The translations under genes and the position numbers were made by a program. Below, piece by piece: positions 55,530 through 64,000 of a DNA stretch of 64,000 nt. How positions within the stretch are numbered: the stretch's first letter is position 1; every line of letters starts with the position of its first letter. The stretch comes from a virus: positions 35,645-99,644 of IMG/VR virus record IMGVR_UViG_3300050016_000116. One strand, given 5' to 3'. A model generated the notes under the pieces. The model was not told the origin of the DNA and made no database searches. It worked only from the letters and a program-made list of their open reading frames with translations.

Positions 55530-58115
55530 ATGAGTGGAGCGAGCTACACCCGTAGGTTCCTGTTCGACCCGGGTAACAACGTTCTGCTGAACATCGAGTC
55601 GATCAACATCCTCGATCTTACCCCGCCCGCGTCCATCGCCGGCATTGCCTCGGGGACAGTGCTCCTTGTGGGGGAGTTCGAAGATGGGCCCTACAACTCT
55701 CCGCTTCAGGTGAACGGGGCCACGGATCTCCTGACCCAGATGGGAGGCTTTGGCTTCTCCTACGGGGGTCTCTCGGGACAGTACCCGTGTGCCGTCGCGC
55801 GCTACGCGGACGGGGCGGTGTTGCCGGAATACTGGAACGGCAACGCGATGATCCAGATGAACGGGAACCAATTCGGGGCTCTCGTGGTCTGTCGCCCGAA
55901 CACAAGCGTGGGCAGCGTCACGCTCACGTCTTGCGCCTACCTCACGGGCGCATCCACGTTCCGGTACCTGCTCACCGCGGGTCAGGTGCTCGGTCTCGAC
56001 GTCGGAGCTGGTCCGCAGACAGCGACGTTTTCCGCCACCGCAGCCGTCACGACGTCGGCAGCGCAGACCTTCCCCGATGGGTTCGTGGGAGGGGAGACTC
56101 TCACCCTCGGGTACGACCAGGCATCCAACTTCCTGGTCACGTTTCTTCCCGGGGACACGACGCAGGCAGCGGTCATTGCGCGCATCAACCTGTTCGCTGG
56201 GTTCGCATTCGCAGCTTCCTCCTCCGGAACCGTGATGACACTCACGGGACTTCAGCTCGGCAATCAGGCGCAGGTTCGCGTGGTCGCAGCGAGCGCGGGT
56301 GGCGTGCTCACGCAGCTCGGTCTGACAGTCGGGACAAGTTTCGGCACCGGCAACGTCGCCAACATCACCGCGGTGACTCCTCAGGAGGTCTCCGCGGTCG
56401 TGCAGACCGCAATTGCTAACACCCGTGTCGAGCTGGACCAGAACGGTGCTCTGCGCATCTCCAACTCCCTCGGCACGCTCAGCTCCTACGTCTTCATCAC
56501 CGCTGCCACGACGGCCACGGGACTCGGGTTCGCACCCGGGCAGATGGGGACTAACCTCGGACTCGCAGGAGTGCTCAGCGGAGCTGGCACGTACGTCATC
56601 GTGACGGCTGGCACGTTCACGATGCAGATCGACCCGGGCAACCCTCTCGGGGTGAACGGAGGTCTGCCCTTCACGGTCACTCTCGCGGGTGGTGAGTCGA
56701 TCGGGCAGACGGTCACGAAGATCAACACGGCTGCCGGCACCACGGTCGCGTACGCAGACAGCACGGTCCGCATCGCGATCATCGGGAAGACCCCCGGGGG
56801 TTCGGTCAACTTCATTTCCGCGTCCACCGCAGCCGTGGTCACGCAGATGGGATTCTCGTTCGGCGTCACGGTCGGTGCTCCGTACCCCCAGGGCTCCATC
56901 CCTGCTGGGACCGTCGTGCAGAATGCAGGCGCCACCGCGGTCTACGTCACCACGCAGTCTGTCTCCTTCGGTCCTACGGGCGTGACGATTGCGGGTGCAT
57001 CCGCAGCGCTCCTCGGTCCGTGGTCGGTGCCCGTGCGCTTCGCGAACGACAACGGGGTGGGAGCTTCGCAGTTGGGAGGCGCGATCACCGTCCTCCCGGT
57101 TCCCCCGCTCATCGTCAGCCTGAACGTCGTCAACCCAGCAGGGCTGACTGCGGCGCTCACCGATGCCCAGATCGATGCGGCCTACGTGAACGCAATCGCG
57201 ACCACGGTGAACACGAACTCCGTGGCAGCGCAGGCCAACATCTCCTTCTCCGCTCGCCAGTCGAATACCGTGCGCGCGGCGATGAAGAACAACGCGCTCA
57301 TCGCATCGGCCAACGGGTGCTTCGGGCGCGTCACGTGCATTCGTCCTCCCCTCGGGACCACGGAAGCCGACGCGTTCAACAACGGTGCTTCCCCGGGTGT
57401 CGGTGCAACGCGCGACCAGCGGGTCATCTACTGCTGGCCGGGGCGTTCCACCTTCGTCCCGATCATCGCTCAGATCGGCACGCAGGGAGGGGCGGGGTTC
57501 ACCGCCAGCGGGAACATAGACGCGGGCTCTGACGGGCTCATGGCGTCCGTGCTCTCGCAGCTCCCTCCCGAGGAGAACCCGGGGCAGGAGACCGCGTTCA
57601 CGGGCGGCACCATCGGGCTGGAGAGTTCCCCCAACGCGCAGGGGCTCCAGATCGGGGACTACATAGCCGGCAAGGCTGCCGGGGTCGCGATGCTCCGGGT
57701 GGACTCGAACGGAGTCGTCATCTTCCAGAGCGGTGTCACGAGCGTCAACCCACTCATCTACCCGTCCCTCTGCCGCATCTCTCGTCGGCGCATGGCCGAC
57801 TTCATCCAGGACAGCATCGCGCTCATCTGTTCTTCCTACGGGAAGAAGCTCAACACCGCCGCGCGTCGCAATGCGCTGACGAGCGAGATCCGTTCCTTCC
57901 TCGATCAGCTCCTCTCCGTGAACAACCCGGGGTCGCAGCGCATCGGCGGGTACTCGGTCGACCCGGTCAGTGGGAACACTCCGGTCACCCTCGGCATGGG
58001 GATGTTCCGCATCATCGTCAACGTCCTCACCCTCTCGTCTCTCGACTCCATCGTCATCCAGACGGAGATCGGTGACGAGGTCTCTGTCACCGAGCAGCTT
58101 CCCCAGGCGGCGTGA
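55530..58115 (+). CDS. Contractile tail sheath protein (861 aa, with inserted domains)
   Basis: LVGEFEDGP.N.P, C-terminal IFQSGVT...RISRRRMADFIQDSI; upstream of the tube gene. Confidence 0.88.
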   Translation: MSGASYTRRFLFDPGNNVLLNIESINILDLTPPASIAGIASGTVLLVGEFEDGPYNSPLQVNGATDLLTQMGGFGFSYGGLSGQYPCAVARYADGAVLPEYWNGNAMIQMNGNQFGALVVCRPNTSVGSVTLTSCAYLTGASTFRYLLTAGQVLGLDVGAGPQTATFSATAAVTTSAAQTFPDGFVGGETLTLGYDQASNFLVTFLPGDTTQAAVIARINLFAGFAFAASSSGTVMTLTGLQLGNQAQVRVVAASAGGVLTQLGLTVGTSFGTGNVANITAVTPQEVSAVVQTAIANTRVELDQNGALRISNSLGTLSSYVFITAATTATGLGFAPGQMGTNLGLAGVLSGAGTYVIVTAGTFTMQIDPGNPLGVNGGLPFTVTLAGGESIGQTVTKINTAAGTTVAYADSTVRIAIIGKTPGGSVNFISASTAAVVTQMGFSFGVTVGAPYPQGSIPAGTVVQNAGATAVYVTTQSVSFGPTGVTIAGASAALLGPWSVPVRFANDNGVGASQLGGAITVLPVPPLIVSLNVVNPAGLTAALTDAQIDAAYVNAIATTVNTNSVAAQANISFSARQSNTVRAAMKNNALIASANGCFGRVTCIRPPLGTTEADAFNNGASPGVGATRDQRVIYCWPGRSTFVPIIAQIGTQGGAGFTASGNIDAGSDGLMASVLSQLPPEENPGQETAFTGGTIGLESSPNAQGLQIGDYIAGKAAGVAMLRVDSNGVVIFQSGVTSVNPLIYPSLCRISRRRMADFIQDSIALICSSYGKKLNTAARRNALTSEIRSFLDQLLSVNNPGSQRIGGYSVDPVSGNTPVTLGMGMFRIIVNVLTLSSLDSIVIQTEIGDEVSVTEQLPQAA

Positions 58116-58150
58116 GCCGGTCTTCCTGAACCCCACGTAGGAGAACCCCC

Positions 58151-58600
58151 ATGGCAGTTCGCAATCCGGCGCAGCGTATCAAGGGTCAGGAAACGAGCAT
58201 CCTCTGGACGCAGGATTCTCAGCTCCAGGCCACGCTCACCGACATCCAGAACTTCAACATGGAGCTGGAGTTCGAGATCAAGAGCCAGGGGTACCTGGGG
58301 GAGAAGACGAATCGGAAGGACGAGATCTACAACGGGACGAAGTTCGACATGGAGTTGAACATTCACACCCAGGACTTCTTCAAGTTCCGGCAGGCGATCA
58401 AGGACCGGGCGCAGCGCAACACTCCCGACGTCCAGTTCAACATCACCACCGTCCTTCAGTTCCCGAACGGACAGACCCCCGTGACGCGGCTTCCTGATTG
58501 TTTCTTCGGACCCAACCCGATGACCATCAGCTCCCGTGGCGACTACGTGAAGATCAAGCTCACCGGGGAAGTGGGCGACGAGTCGACGCAGACAAGCTAG
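58151..58600 (+). CDS. Tail tube protein
   Basis: 149 aa, directly after the sheath; RIKGQE...YLGE...DE. Confidence 0.78.
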   Translation: MAVRNPAQRIKGQETSILWTQDSQLQATLTDIQNFNMELEFEIKSQGYLGEKTNRKDEIYNGTKFDMELNIHTQDFFKFRQAIKDRAQRNTPDVQFNITTVLQFPNGQTPVTRLPDCFFGPNPMTISSRGDYVKIKLTGEVGDESTQTS

Positions 58601-58706
58601 GAGGCGCCACCCTTACGGGCACCCGCGAGCGTTGCACGATGGTGTCCTCTCGGGGACACTTTCGGTTTGGGGCGCCTCCTGAACAGCGCTCGCGGGAGTC
58701 CACCAC

Positions 58707-59228
58707 ATGCCCACGCACCGCATCGAGCTAGAGGACGCGAGGGAGTGGTGGGGGGAGAAGGTGGAGGGACTCCGGGAAGCCGCTCTAAGGGGCCTTTACG
58801 GCGCAGCGTTGAGGACTGTTCAGCACATCCAGACCTCCATCATCCCGAACGAAGCTCACCCCCCGGTCGACCGAGGCGCGTTCCGAGCGGGGTGGAGGGC
58901 AGCGAAGCTCTCGAATGGAGCGCTGGTGCAGAACACCCTGCCCTACGCATCGGTCATCGAGTACGGGGCTCACGCGGACAACGTGAAGATCTCACGCCCG
59001 ATGATCGAAGCGCTGACCGAGTGGGTGAAGCGTAAGGGGCTGGCTGGGAACAGGAGAGGGGCTGACTTCGACACGAACTCCAGGAACATCGCGTGGGCAA
59101 TAGCGGTGTCGATGAAGCGTCGTGGAATCTTTGCCCCTCAAGGACTTCGAGTCCTGGAGAAGGCAGAGAAGAAGATCCCTCAGTTCATTCAGGAAGAAGT
59201 GAAGCGGGAGATGGATCGAGTTCGCTAG
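58707..59228 (+). CDS. HK97 gp10-like neck/tail completion protein
   Basis: PVDRGAFRAGW...N..PYASVIEYG...L.EWVKRKG. Confidence 0.75.
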   Translation: MPTHRIELEDAREWWGEKVEGLREAALRGLYGAALRTVQHIQTSIIPNEAHPPVDRGAFRAGWRAAKLSNGALVQNTLPYASVIEYGAHADNVKISRPMIEALTEWVKRKGLAGNRRGADFDTNSRNIAWAIAVSMKRRGIFAPQGLRVLEKAEKKIPQFIQEEVKREMDRVR

Positions 59229-59338
59229 ACCAACTCGTCCATACCGGAGCTTCGCAAGAGGTTTTTTAGACTTTCTTTCCATGGGTGGCATTCGTCCCAA
59301 GATTCGATGGTGGTAACCTCTGGCGCGGAGGCACTCCT

Positions 59339-59908
59339 ATGACCATGCAGATCAACGAAGAGACCGTGACCGCAGCGGACAAGCAGAAGCTCGGGATCGA
59401 TAAGGCGAAGAGCGCAGTGGAGGACGTGATCGATTCAGTGAATGCGGCCAACAATGCGGAGGACAAGGCGGATGAGGTGGCTGTCAATCCGCCTCCAGGT
59501 GCATTCCCAACGTGGGTGAAGTTGCCTGCGGGGTTGGAGTTCCCTCCTGGACGACGTATCCAGGCACTTCGTTTCAAAGCGGAGTGGACGGATGTGCCGA
59601 GGAAGGGAGAGCGACAGTGCATCCTCTGGCCACTTTCGGAAGCAGATGAGAAGTTGGCCTACCAGCGCACGCGTGGAGAGAGCGCGATGAGCCTGAACGA
59701 ACTCGCCAAGCAGATGGTCAGGGTGGTTGACGGTCAGCTCGTGACTTGGGGAGACGGAACCCCTTCGGACCTCACGCAGTGGTGGACGGAGATCGGCGCG
59801 CGGTGCCGGACACTCATCAAGAACTCCTACGCGAAGATGCACACGCTGGAGGCGGGTGACCTCGCTGCTTTTTTTACCGATTGTCAGGCTGTGAGGACGG
59901 CGACCTAA
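59339..59908 (+). CDS. Tail assembly chaperone (G-like)
   Basis: Between tube and tape measure; GGAGG RBS; slippery T7 run near the 3' end. Confidence 0.7.
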   Translation: MTMQINEETVTAADKQKLGIDKAKSAVEDVIDSVNAANNAEDKADEVAVNPPPGAFPTWVKLPAGLEFPPGRRIQALRFKAEWTDVPRKGERQCILWPLSEADEKLAYQRTRGESAMSLNELAKQMVRVVDGQLVTWGDGTPSDLTQWWTEIGARCRTLIKNSYAKMHTLEAGDLAAFFTDCQAVRTAT

Positions 59909-60192
59909 AGCCACGTGGTTGGGACGTTCAAGACCCACACGTCTTGAAGGATCGACTCAACGAAGTCACTTTCTTCTTCGGTTCTTCGGCGGATGCGTTC
60001 TGGCATTCGCTTGCGGGCGAAGATGGGACGGAGGTGATGAAGTCCCGACTCAAGGCGAAGATGTACTTGGCAAAGTATGCCCACATCTCTCCTTTCGAGT
60101 GGGAACATCGAGAGGTCTCTCAGCTTCACGAGCACTTTGCAGCGCTAAGTGAGATGATTCGAGAGACCAAGGGCGGATTCGCGGAGGATTGA
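59869..60192 (+). CDS. -1 frameshift extension of the tail chaperone (GT-like)
   Basis: T TTT TTT at 59869-59875; the -1 frame is open to 60192, just before the tape measure. Confidence 0.75.
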   Translation, partial: FFYRLSGCEDGDLKPRGWDVQDPHVLKDRLNEVTFFFGSSADAFWHSLAGEDGTEVMKSRLKAKMYLAKYAHISPFEWEHREVSQLHEHFAALSEMIRETKGGFAED

Positions 60193-60193
60193 G

Positions 60194-62092
60194 ATGCCTG
60201 AAGAGACAGAGATCCACGCGAAGCTGGTACTGGACGAAGGGGCAAAGGAAGCCGCTGAGAAGATGGGAGAGGGGTTTGAGCACCTCTCCGAGCGGGTACA
60301 CGAGACCCAGCACGAGTTGATGGGTATGGCGAAGCAGGCGCTAGCCATGGCAGCCGGCTTCCAGCTCTCTCATGGCATCGAGAGCATCAAGGAGTTCGGG
60401 CACGAAGTCATCGGTGCAGCGATGGCCAGCGAGGACCAGATCCGGGCTCTCGCTGGTCTCGTTGCCATGACCGACAAGACTGGCATGTCCTTTGAGGAAA
60501 CTGAGGAGAGGGCAAAGGACCTCCACGAGAACCTGGAGAAGATGGCGATCGAGGCTGGGCAATCGGGTCAGGCTGTAGGGGATGCGTTCGAACTCATCGC
60601 GTCTCGGTCGCAGAAGTCCTCAGAGGAAGTGCTCGCGCTCACTGACAAGATGGCGACTGCGGCCAAGCTCCTACCAGCGGGCATTGAGAGCATCGCGGGA
60701 GCCTGGCGCGACATGGAGACGGGGATCGTGCGCCCCAAGAATGCGCTTGTGCAGCTCATGGTCCAGACCCACACGGTCAATGGGACAATGAAGCAGGTAG
60801 CGCACACGATCTCTGAGATGCTTCAGAAGGGGGAGTCAGAGAAGGTCTTCAAACTTGCAGAGACAGCAATCGACAAGATGGCGCAGAAGGCAGAGCACGC
60901 CCCATTCACTTTTCGTCAGCTCGCTACTTCTCTCGAAGGGGTGCGCGAAGTTGCGTACAAGACGTTCGGTGAACCTCTGCTTGCCTCGCTTACACCTCCC
61001 GTGGAGAAGCTTCGATCCTACTTTCTCCACAATGAGGAGCGCATCGAGCATTGGGCTCATACCGTAGGGGAGAAGGCAGGGGTATGGATTACCAGCGCAG
61101 CGGGATCACTGGAGCACGCGTTCGAATATCTCCAGAGTCACGCAGATGAGATCGAGAGTGCGATCAAGACGGGTGCATCTGCCCTGATGGCGGTGATGAG
61201 TTTCATCGTCGACCACAAGGATGTCATCGCGGCGGCGTGGGGCGCCAACATGGCAGCTAAGGGAGTCAGTGGGATCGCAAGTCTCGCGAGTGGGCTGGGT
61301 GGGTTGGGCGGGATGAGCATGGCAGGTATGGCCAGCTCAGTCGGTCCTCAGATGGCTTTCGTTGCCATGGTGGCGTCTCTTGTCGCGGCTGCTGACCAGA
61401 CGATGAAGCTCAACGAAGAGCTGGACTCCTACGGAAGGTCTGGAGATGCGGCTGCAAAGATCCGCGCCATGGAGACCGCTGCACTCGAAGGTAACACTGT
61501 GCAGGTTCGGAAGTGGGCGGACGAGATTGAAGCACTCGATCCCACTCTCGTCTCTCTCGCCAATACGATTAGTGATCTCACCAGTGCGACCAAGCAGGCG
61601 AATGCGGCGCTCGATGCGGGAACTGTTACTGACGTCTATTCGTTGGAGACATTCGCAGCCTATGCTCCCGAGAAGGTGGCGGGGCAGTTCTGGACTGACT
61701 TCGGTATTGCGATGACGACGGCCCACAAGAGCACCAACGAGAAGGTGATGGGTGAGTTTCTTGTCACGCACCACGAGGCATTCGACAGGGTGTTGGATGC
61801 GATGCGCCGGACGAAGATGGACATTGGCGCGGAGAGCACGGAGCTGGCCAACGCGCTCGCGGGCATGGGCCATAAGGACATGGCGGACAAGGTGAAGGCA
61901 GCCGCGAAGAGGGGAGCCGATGGGGCTCACCCCGGGGCACCAAACTATGACTTCCGAGGATCCAACTTTCACATCAAGCAGGACTTCCGCGACCAGGATC
62001 CTGACAGGGTGATGATTGAGTTCAGGAAGGATCTTCAGAAACATGCGGTAGCGCGTATTCAGAGCCGGAACGCCACGCCGTTTGGACTCTGA
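60194..62092 (+). CDS. Tape measure protein
   Basis: Ala-rich, helical, follows the chaperone pair. Confidence 0.8.
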   Translation: MPEETEIHAKLVLDEGAKEAAEKMGEGFEHLSERVHETQHELMGMAKQALAMAAGFQLSHGIESIKEFGHEVIGAAMASEDQIRALAGLVAMTDKTGMSFEETEERAKDLHENLEKMAIEAGQSGQAVGDAFELIASRSQKSSEEVLALTDKMATAAKLLPAGIESIAGAWRDMETGIVRPKNALVQLMVQTHTVNGTMKQVAHTISEMLQKGESEKVFKLAETAIDKMAQKAEHAPFTFRQLATSLEGVREVAYKTFGEPLLASLTPPVEKLRSYFLHNEERIEHWAHTVGEKAGVWITSAAGSLEHAFEYLQSHADEIESAIKTGASALMAVMSFIVDHKDVIAAAWGANMAAKGVSGIASLASGLGGLGGMSMAGMASSVGPQMAFVAMVASLVAAADQTMKLNEELDSYGRSGDAAAKIRAMETAALEGNTVQVRKWADEIEALDPTLVSLANTISDLTSATKQANAALDAGTVTDVYSLETFAAYAPEKVAGQFWTDFGIAMTTAHKSTNEKVMGEFLVTHHEAFDRVLDAMRRTKMDIGAESTELANALAGMGHKDMADKVKAAAKRGADGAHPGAPNYDFRGSNFHIKQDFRDQDPDRVMIEFRKDLQKHAVARIQSRNATPFGL

Positions 62093-62136
62093 GTAATTCG
62101 TGGTAGCGTCACTTCATCCCACGCACGAGGAGAGCC

Positions 62137-62334
62137 ATGGCATTCCCCCCGAAGAAGACTCCCGGATCCGTTTCGTCCAGCTCGTCCCCGAGCGATTCCC
62201 CCGCGTCGTCTTCGACCGTGATGCCCGCTGGGTCGGGTTCCTCGATGACCGCTTCCTCCATGTCTGCGTCCTCGTCATCGAGCGCGGAGGACAACCCGAT
62301 GGCGGCGTGGGTCAAGAAGAGGGGCGGGAAGTAG
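62137..62334 (+). CDS. Ser-rich small protein ending AEDNPMAAWVKKRGGK
   Basis: GAGGAG RBS; shares its C-terminal motif with 30965-31237. Confidence 0.6.
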   Translation: MAFPPKKTPGSVSSSSSPSDSPASSSTVMPAGSGSSMTASSMSASSSSSAEDNPMAAWVKKRGGK

Positions 62335-62488
62335 CAACGGTGGCGTCCTGGCGCCTCTAGGACGCGTTTTCCGGCTCCAGCCCAACGTCCGCTAGGGTCA
62401 CGGTTGGGAAGCGCGTCCTAGAGGCGTCTAGGAGGTCGGAACCGGATTCGAAAAGCGCTTTTCGAATCCCCCTGGAGAGCGTGCCCCT

Positions 62489-63715
62489 TTGAGCTACAGC
62501 AGCACGATCACCATCACGGAGGTGTTCGCAAGCACGCTGGGGGGCGGTTCTGCGCGAATCCTCACGCTCATCGGTCCCGGGTTGCCGGTGATGGGGGCGG
62601 AGTGGGGCGCGAAGCTAGGGATGAAGACCACGTGGTACCCGGGCAACGGGGAAGAAGCCACGCAGCAAGTACTCTCTCCCCAGGAGCTTCCGTCAAAGTG
62701 GTCGGGGGAATGGAACCGGACACGTCTCGGGAGGACCCCGTGCCTGTTCGATCCGGGAACGGGCTACGCGCGCCCGATCATCGATCCTCTCTCCCTCTGG
62801 AATGCCCTGGAGACCCTCCAGCGTGGCGGCAGACGGCTCCGGGTCATCTGGGCAGTGGACGGCACCACCCCCTCTTCCACGGGCAAGGTCGTGCGCGAGG
62901 GGCGCATCGAGGAAGTGAAGTTCAAGCCCGACCGACTCCAGGACATCAAGTGGGAAGCGAACTTTGAGTGGATGAGTCGTGGAGGTTCTACCTCTCGCGT
63001 CACCTCCACTCGTTCCAACTCCGTCACTTCCAACTCTGCGGCGTACCTCAACGCGCTCAACAAGCTCATCGCGGCCAACGCGCTCGCCAGCGCTCAGCAG
63101 TTCAACCCTTCCTCCCTCAACCTCGGACAGCTCGAAGCGCTCGCGAACTACCCCACGACGCTCACCAACTCCCTTGCGCGGAAGGTGCAGCAGATTCAGT
63201 ACGACGTGGGGACGCTCGTGGACCTTGCGGCCACGGTAGCGAGCCAGCCCGTCAGCGTGGCGAACCGGGCGATCTCTCTCGCGAGGGACACCCTCTCCAA
63301 CGTGAACTCGTACAGGGACACGATCGGGCAAGTGCCCGTGGAGTTGCTTACGCTCAACGACAACGTCTCTGCTCTCTGCCAGGCGGTGAACACGTTCTTC
63401 CCGCAGTCGGATGACGCAGACCAGCTCTCTATCGTCGGGACCTCCTACAACGCGCAGCTCCTCCAGCAACTCCAGAGCACGGGTGGGTACATGACCCCGA
63501 ACCGACTCCAGGATCCGAACAACGCGCTTCAGGTCTACGTGGCACGGAGGGGAGACACACTGCCGTTCATCAGCCAGAAGTTCTACGGCAATCCCGACCA
63601 CGCCGCGGACATTGCGATTGCGAACGGGCTCCCCTGGGCAGCGCCCGCGTTCACGACACCCACAGTCATCGTCATCCCGGTTCTTTCGACCCTTTCCGCG
63701 ACGACTGCGGTTTGA
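62489..63715 (+). CDS. Tail tube initiator/baseplate protein with a C-terminal LysM domain
   Basis: YVARRGDTLPFISQKFYGNP...IA.ANGL; follows the tape measure. Confidence 0.78.
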   Translation: MSYSSTITITEVFASTLGGGSARILTLIGPGLPVMGAEWGAKLGMKTTWYPGNGEEATQQVLSPQELPSKWSGEWNRTRLGRTPCLFDPGTGYARPIIDPLSLWNALETLQRGGRRLRVIWAVDGTTPSSTGKVVREGRIEEVKFKPDRLQDIKWEANFEWMSRGGSTSRVTSTRSNSVTSNSAAYLNALNKLIAANALASAQQFNPSSLNLGQLEALANYPTTLTNSLARKVQQIQYDVGTLVDLAATVASQPVSVANRAISLARDTLSNVNSYRDTIGQVPVELLTLNDNVSALCQAVNTFFPQSDDADQLSIVGTSYNAQLLQQLQSTGGYMTPNRLQDPNNALQVYVARRGDTLPFISQKFYGNPDHAADIAIANGLPWAAPAFTTPTVIVIPVLSTLSATTAV

Positions 63716-63718
63716 TGT

Positions 63719-64000
63719 TCAGGTTTCTTCGAGGAGTTCTATGAGCTTGTTTGACATCCGAATATAGGCCACACTCCACGCCACACTCCACGCCGCACTC
63801 CACGCCGCACTCGCCGCACTCCTCGCCGCACTCCTCGCCGCACTCGCCGCACTCCACGCCGCACTCGCCGCACACGCCGCACTCGCCGCACTCCTCGCCG
63901 CACTCGCCGCACTCGCCGCACTCGCCGCACTCGCCGCACTCCTCGCCGCACTCGCCGCACTCGCCGCACTCGCCGCCGCACTCTCATCAACTTTCTCTCC
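63719..64000 (-). CDS. 3' end of an SAA/SAAW-repeat phage protein (starts beyond the window; absent from the ORF track)
   Basis: Reads GEKVDESAAASAASAA...SAAWSAAWSVAWSVAYIRMSNKLIELLEET*. Confidence 0.75.
   Translation of the reverse strand, partial: GEKVDESAAASAASAASAARSAASAASAASAASAARSAASAACAASAAWSAASAARSAARSAASAAWSAAWSVAWSVAYIRMSNKLIELLEET
63769..63982. repeat. Tandem 9/12-bp repeats (CCGCACTCG, CCGCACTCCTCG, CCGCACTCCACG)
   Basis: Directly visible; unit lengths are multiples of 3. Confidence 0.95.

Noticed and set aside
55434-58136. 900-aa minus-strand ORF (and similar ones such as 14285-15820, 47036-48343 and 45218-46444)
   Set aside because: Shadow ORFs opposite well-supported GC3-rich genes; Arg/His-rich composition without motifs
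62109-62315. Acidic minus-strand ORF as a DNA mimic
   Set aside because: The plus-strand ORF has an RBS and shares the AEDNPM..W motif with another gene; the acidity follows from antisense Ser codons
4850-62466. Palindromic repeats or the 43-bp repeat pair as a CRISPR array
   Set aside because: The palindromes are mostly kilobases apart; the 43-bp pair has only two copies with a 97-bp gap; no cas genes
53754-63715. Tailocin or extracellular contractile injection system
   Set aside because: Terminase, portal, scaffold and capsid genes are present, so this is a complete phage morphogenesis set
63672-63990. Protamine-like (VRR)n and metallothionein-like (CGE)n ORFs from the ORF track
   Set aside because: Alternative frames of the tandem repeat; the SAA frame is open from the window edge and has a natural C-terminus
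1-64000. tRNA, rRNA, integrase or att site
   Set aside because: None recognised by eye, so lifestyle (temperate or lytic) cannot be determined from this window

Overview
This 64-kb window is part of a GC-rich tailed dsDNA phage genome with a contractile tail (myovirus type), almost all on the + strand. No integrase, att site, tRNA or CRISPR array was seen. From left to right it carries: (i) a five-gene DNA base-hypermodification cluster (ParB-like partner, TET/JBP dioxygenase, amino acid:DNA transferase, FAD oxidoreductase, P-loop kinase); (ii) thyX interrupted by an HNH-bearing intein, a methyltransferase-SF2 helicase fusion, a dATP/dGTP diphosphohydrolase, and a captured SmaI-like methyltransferase with a remnant of its restriction gene; (iii) terminase; (iv) about 24 kb of accessory, lysis and signal-peptide-bearing fibre-like genes, including two more methyltransferases; (v) portal, head, capsid, neck, sheath, tube, a -1 frameshifted tail chaperone, tape measure and a LysM protein. 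The non-coding features are a perfect 20-bp palindrome (TTCGAAAAGCGCTTTTCGAA; 10 exact and 3 variant copies), a CTAG-rich inverted-repeat element coupled to it at fixed spacing, two classes of apparent leaderless promoters, and strong GGCC avoidance in core genes. Cys-rich lipoproteins and DGG/SIPP-type low-complexity motifs hint at a myxobacterial host (inference only). The best candidate for a new system is a fully post-replicative thymine hypermodification pathway, possibly targeted to the phage's own DNA through the dispersed palindromes. All family assignments come from motif recognition by eye; no database searches were run.
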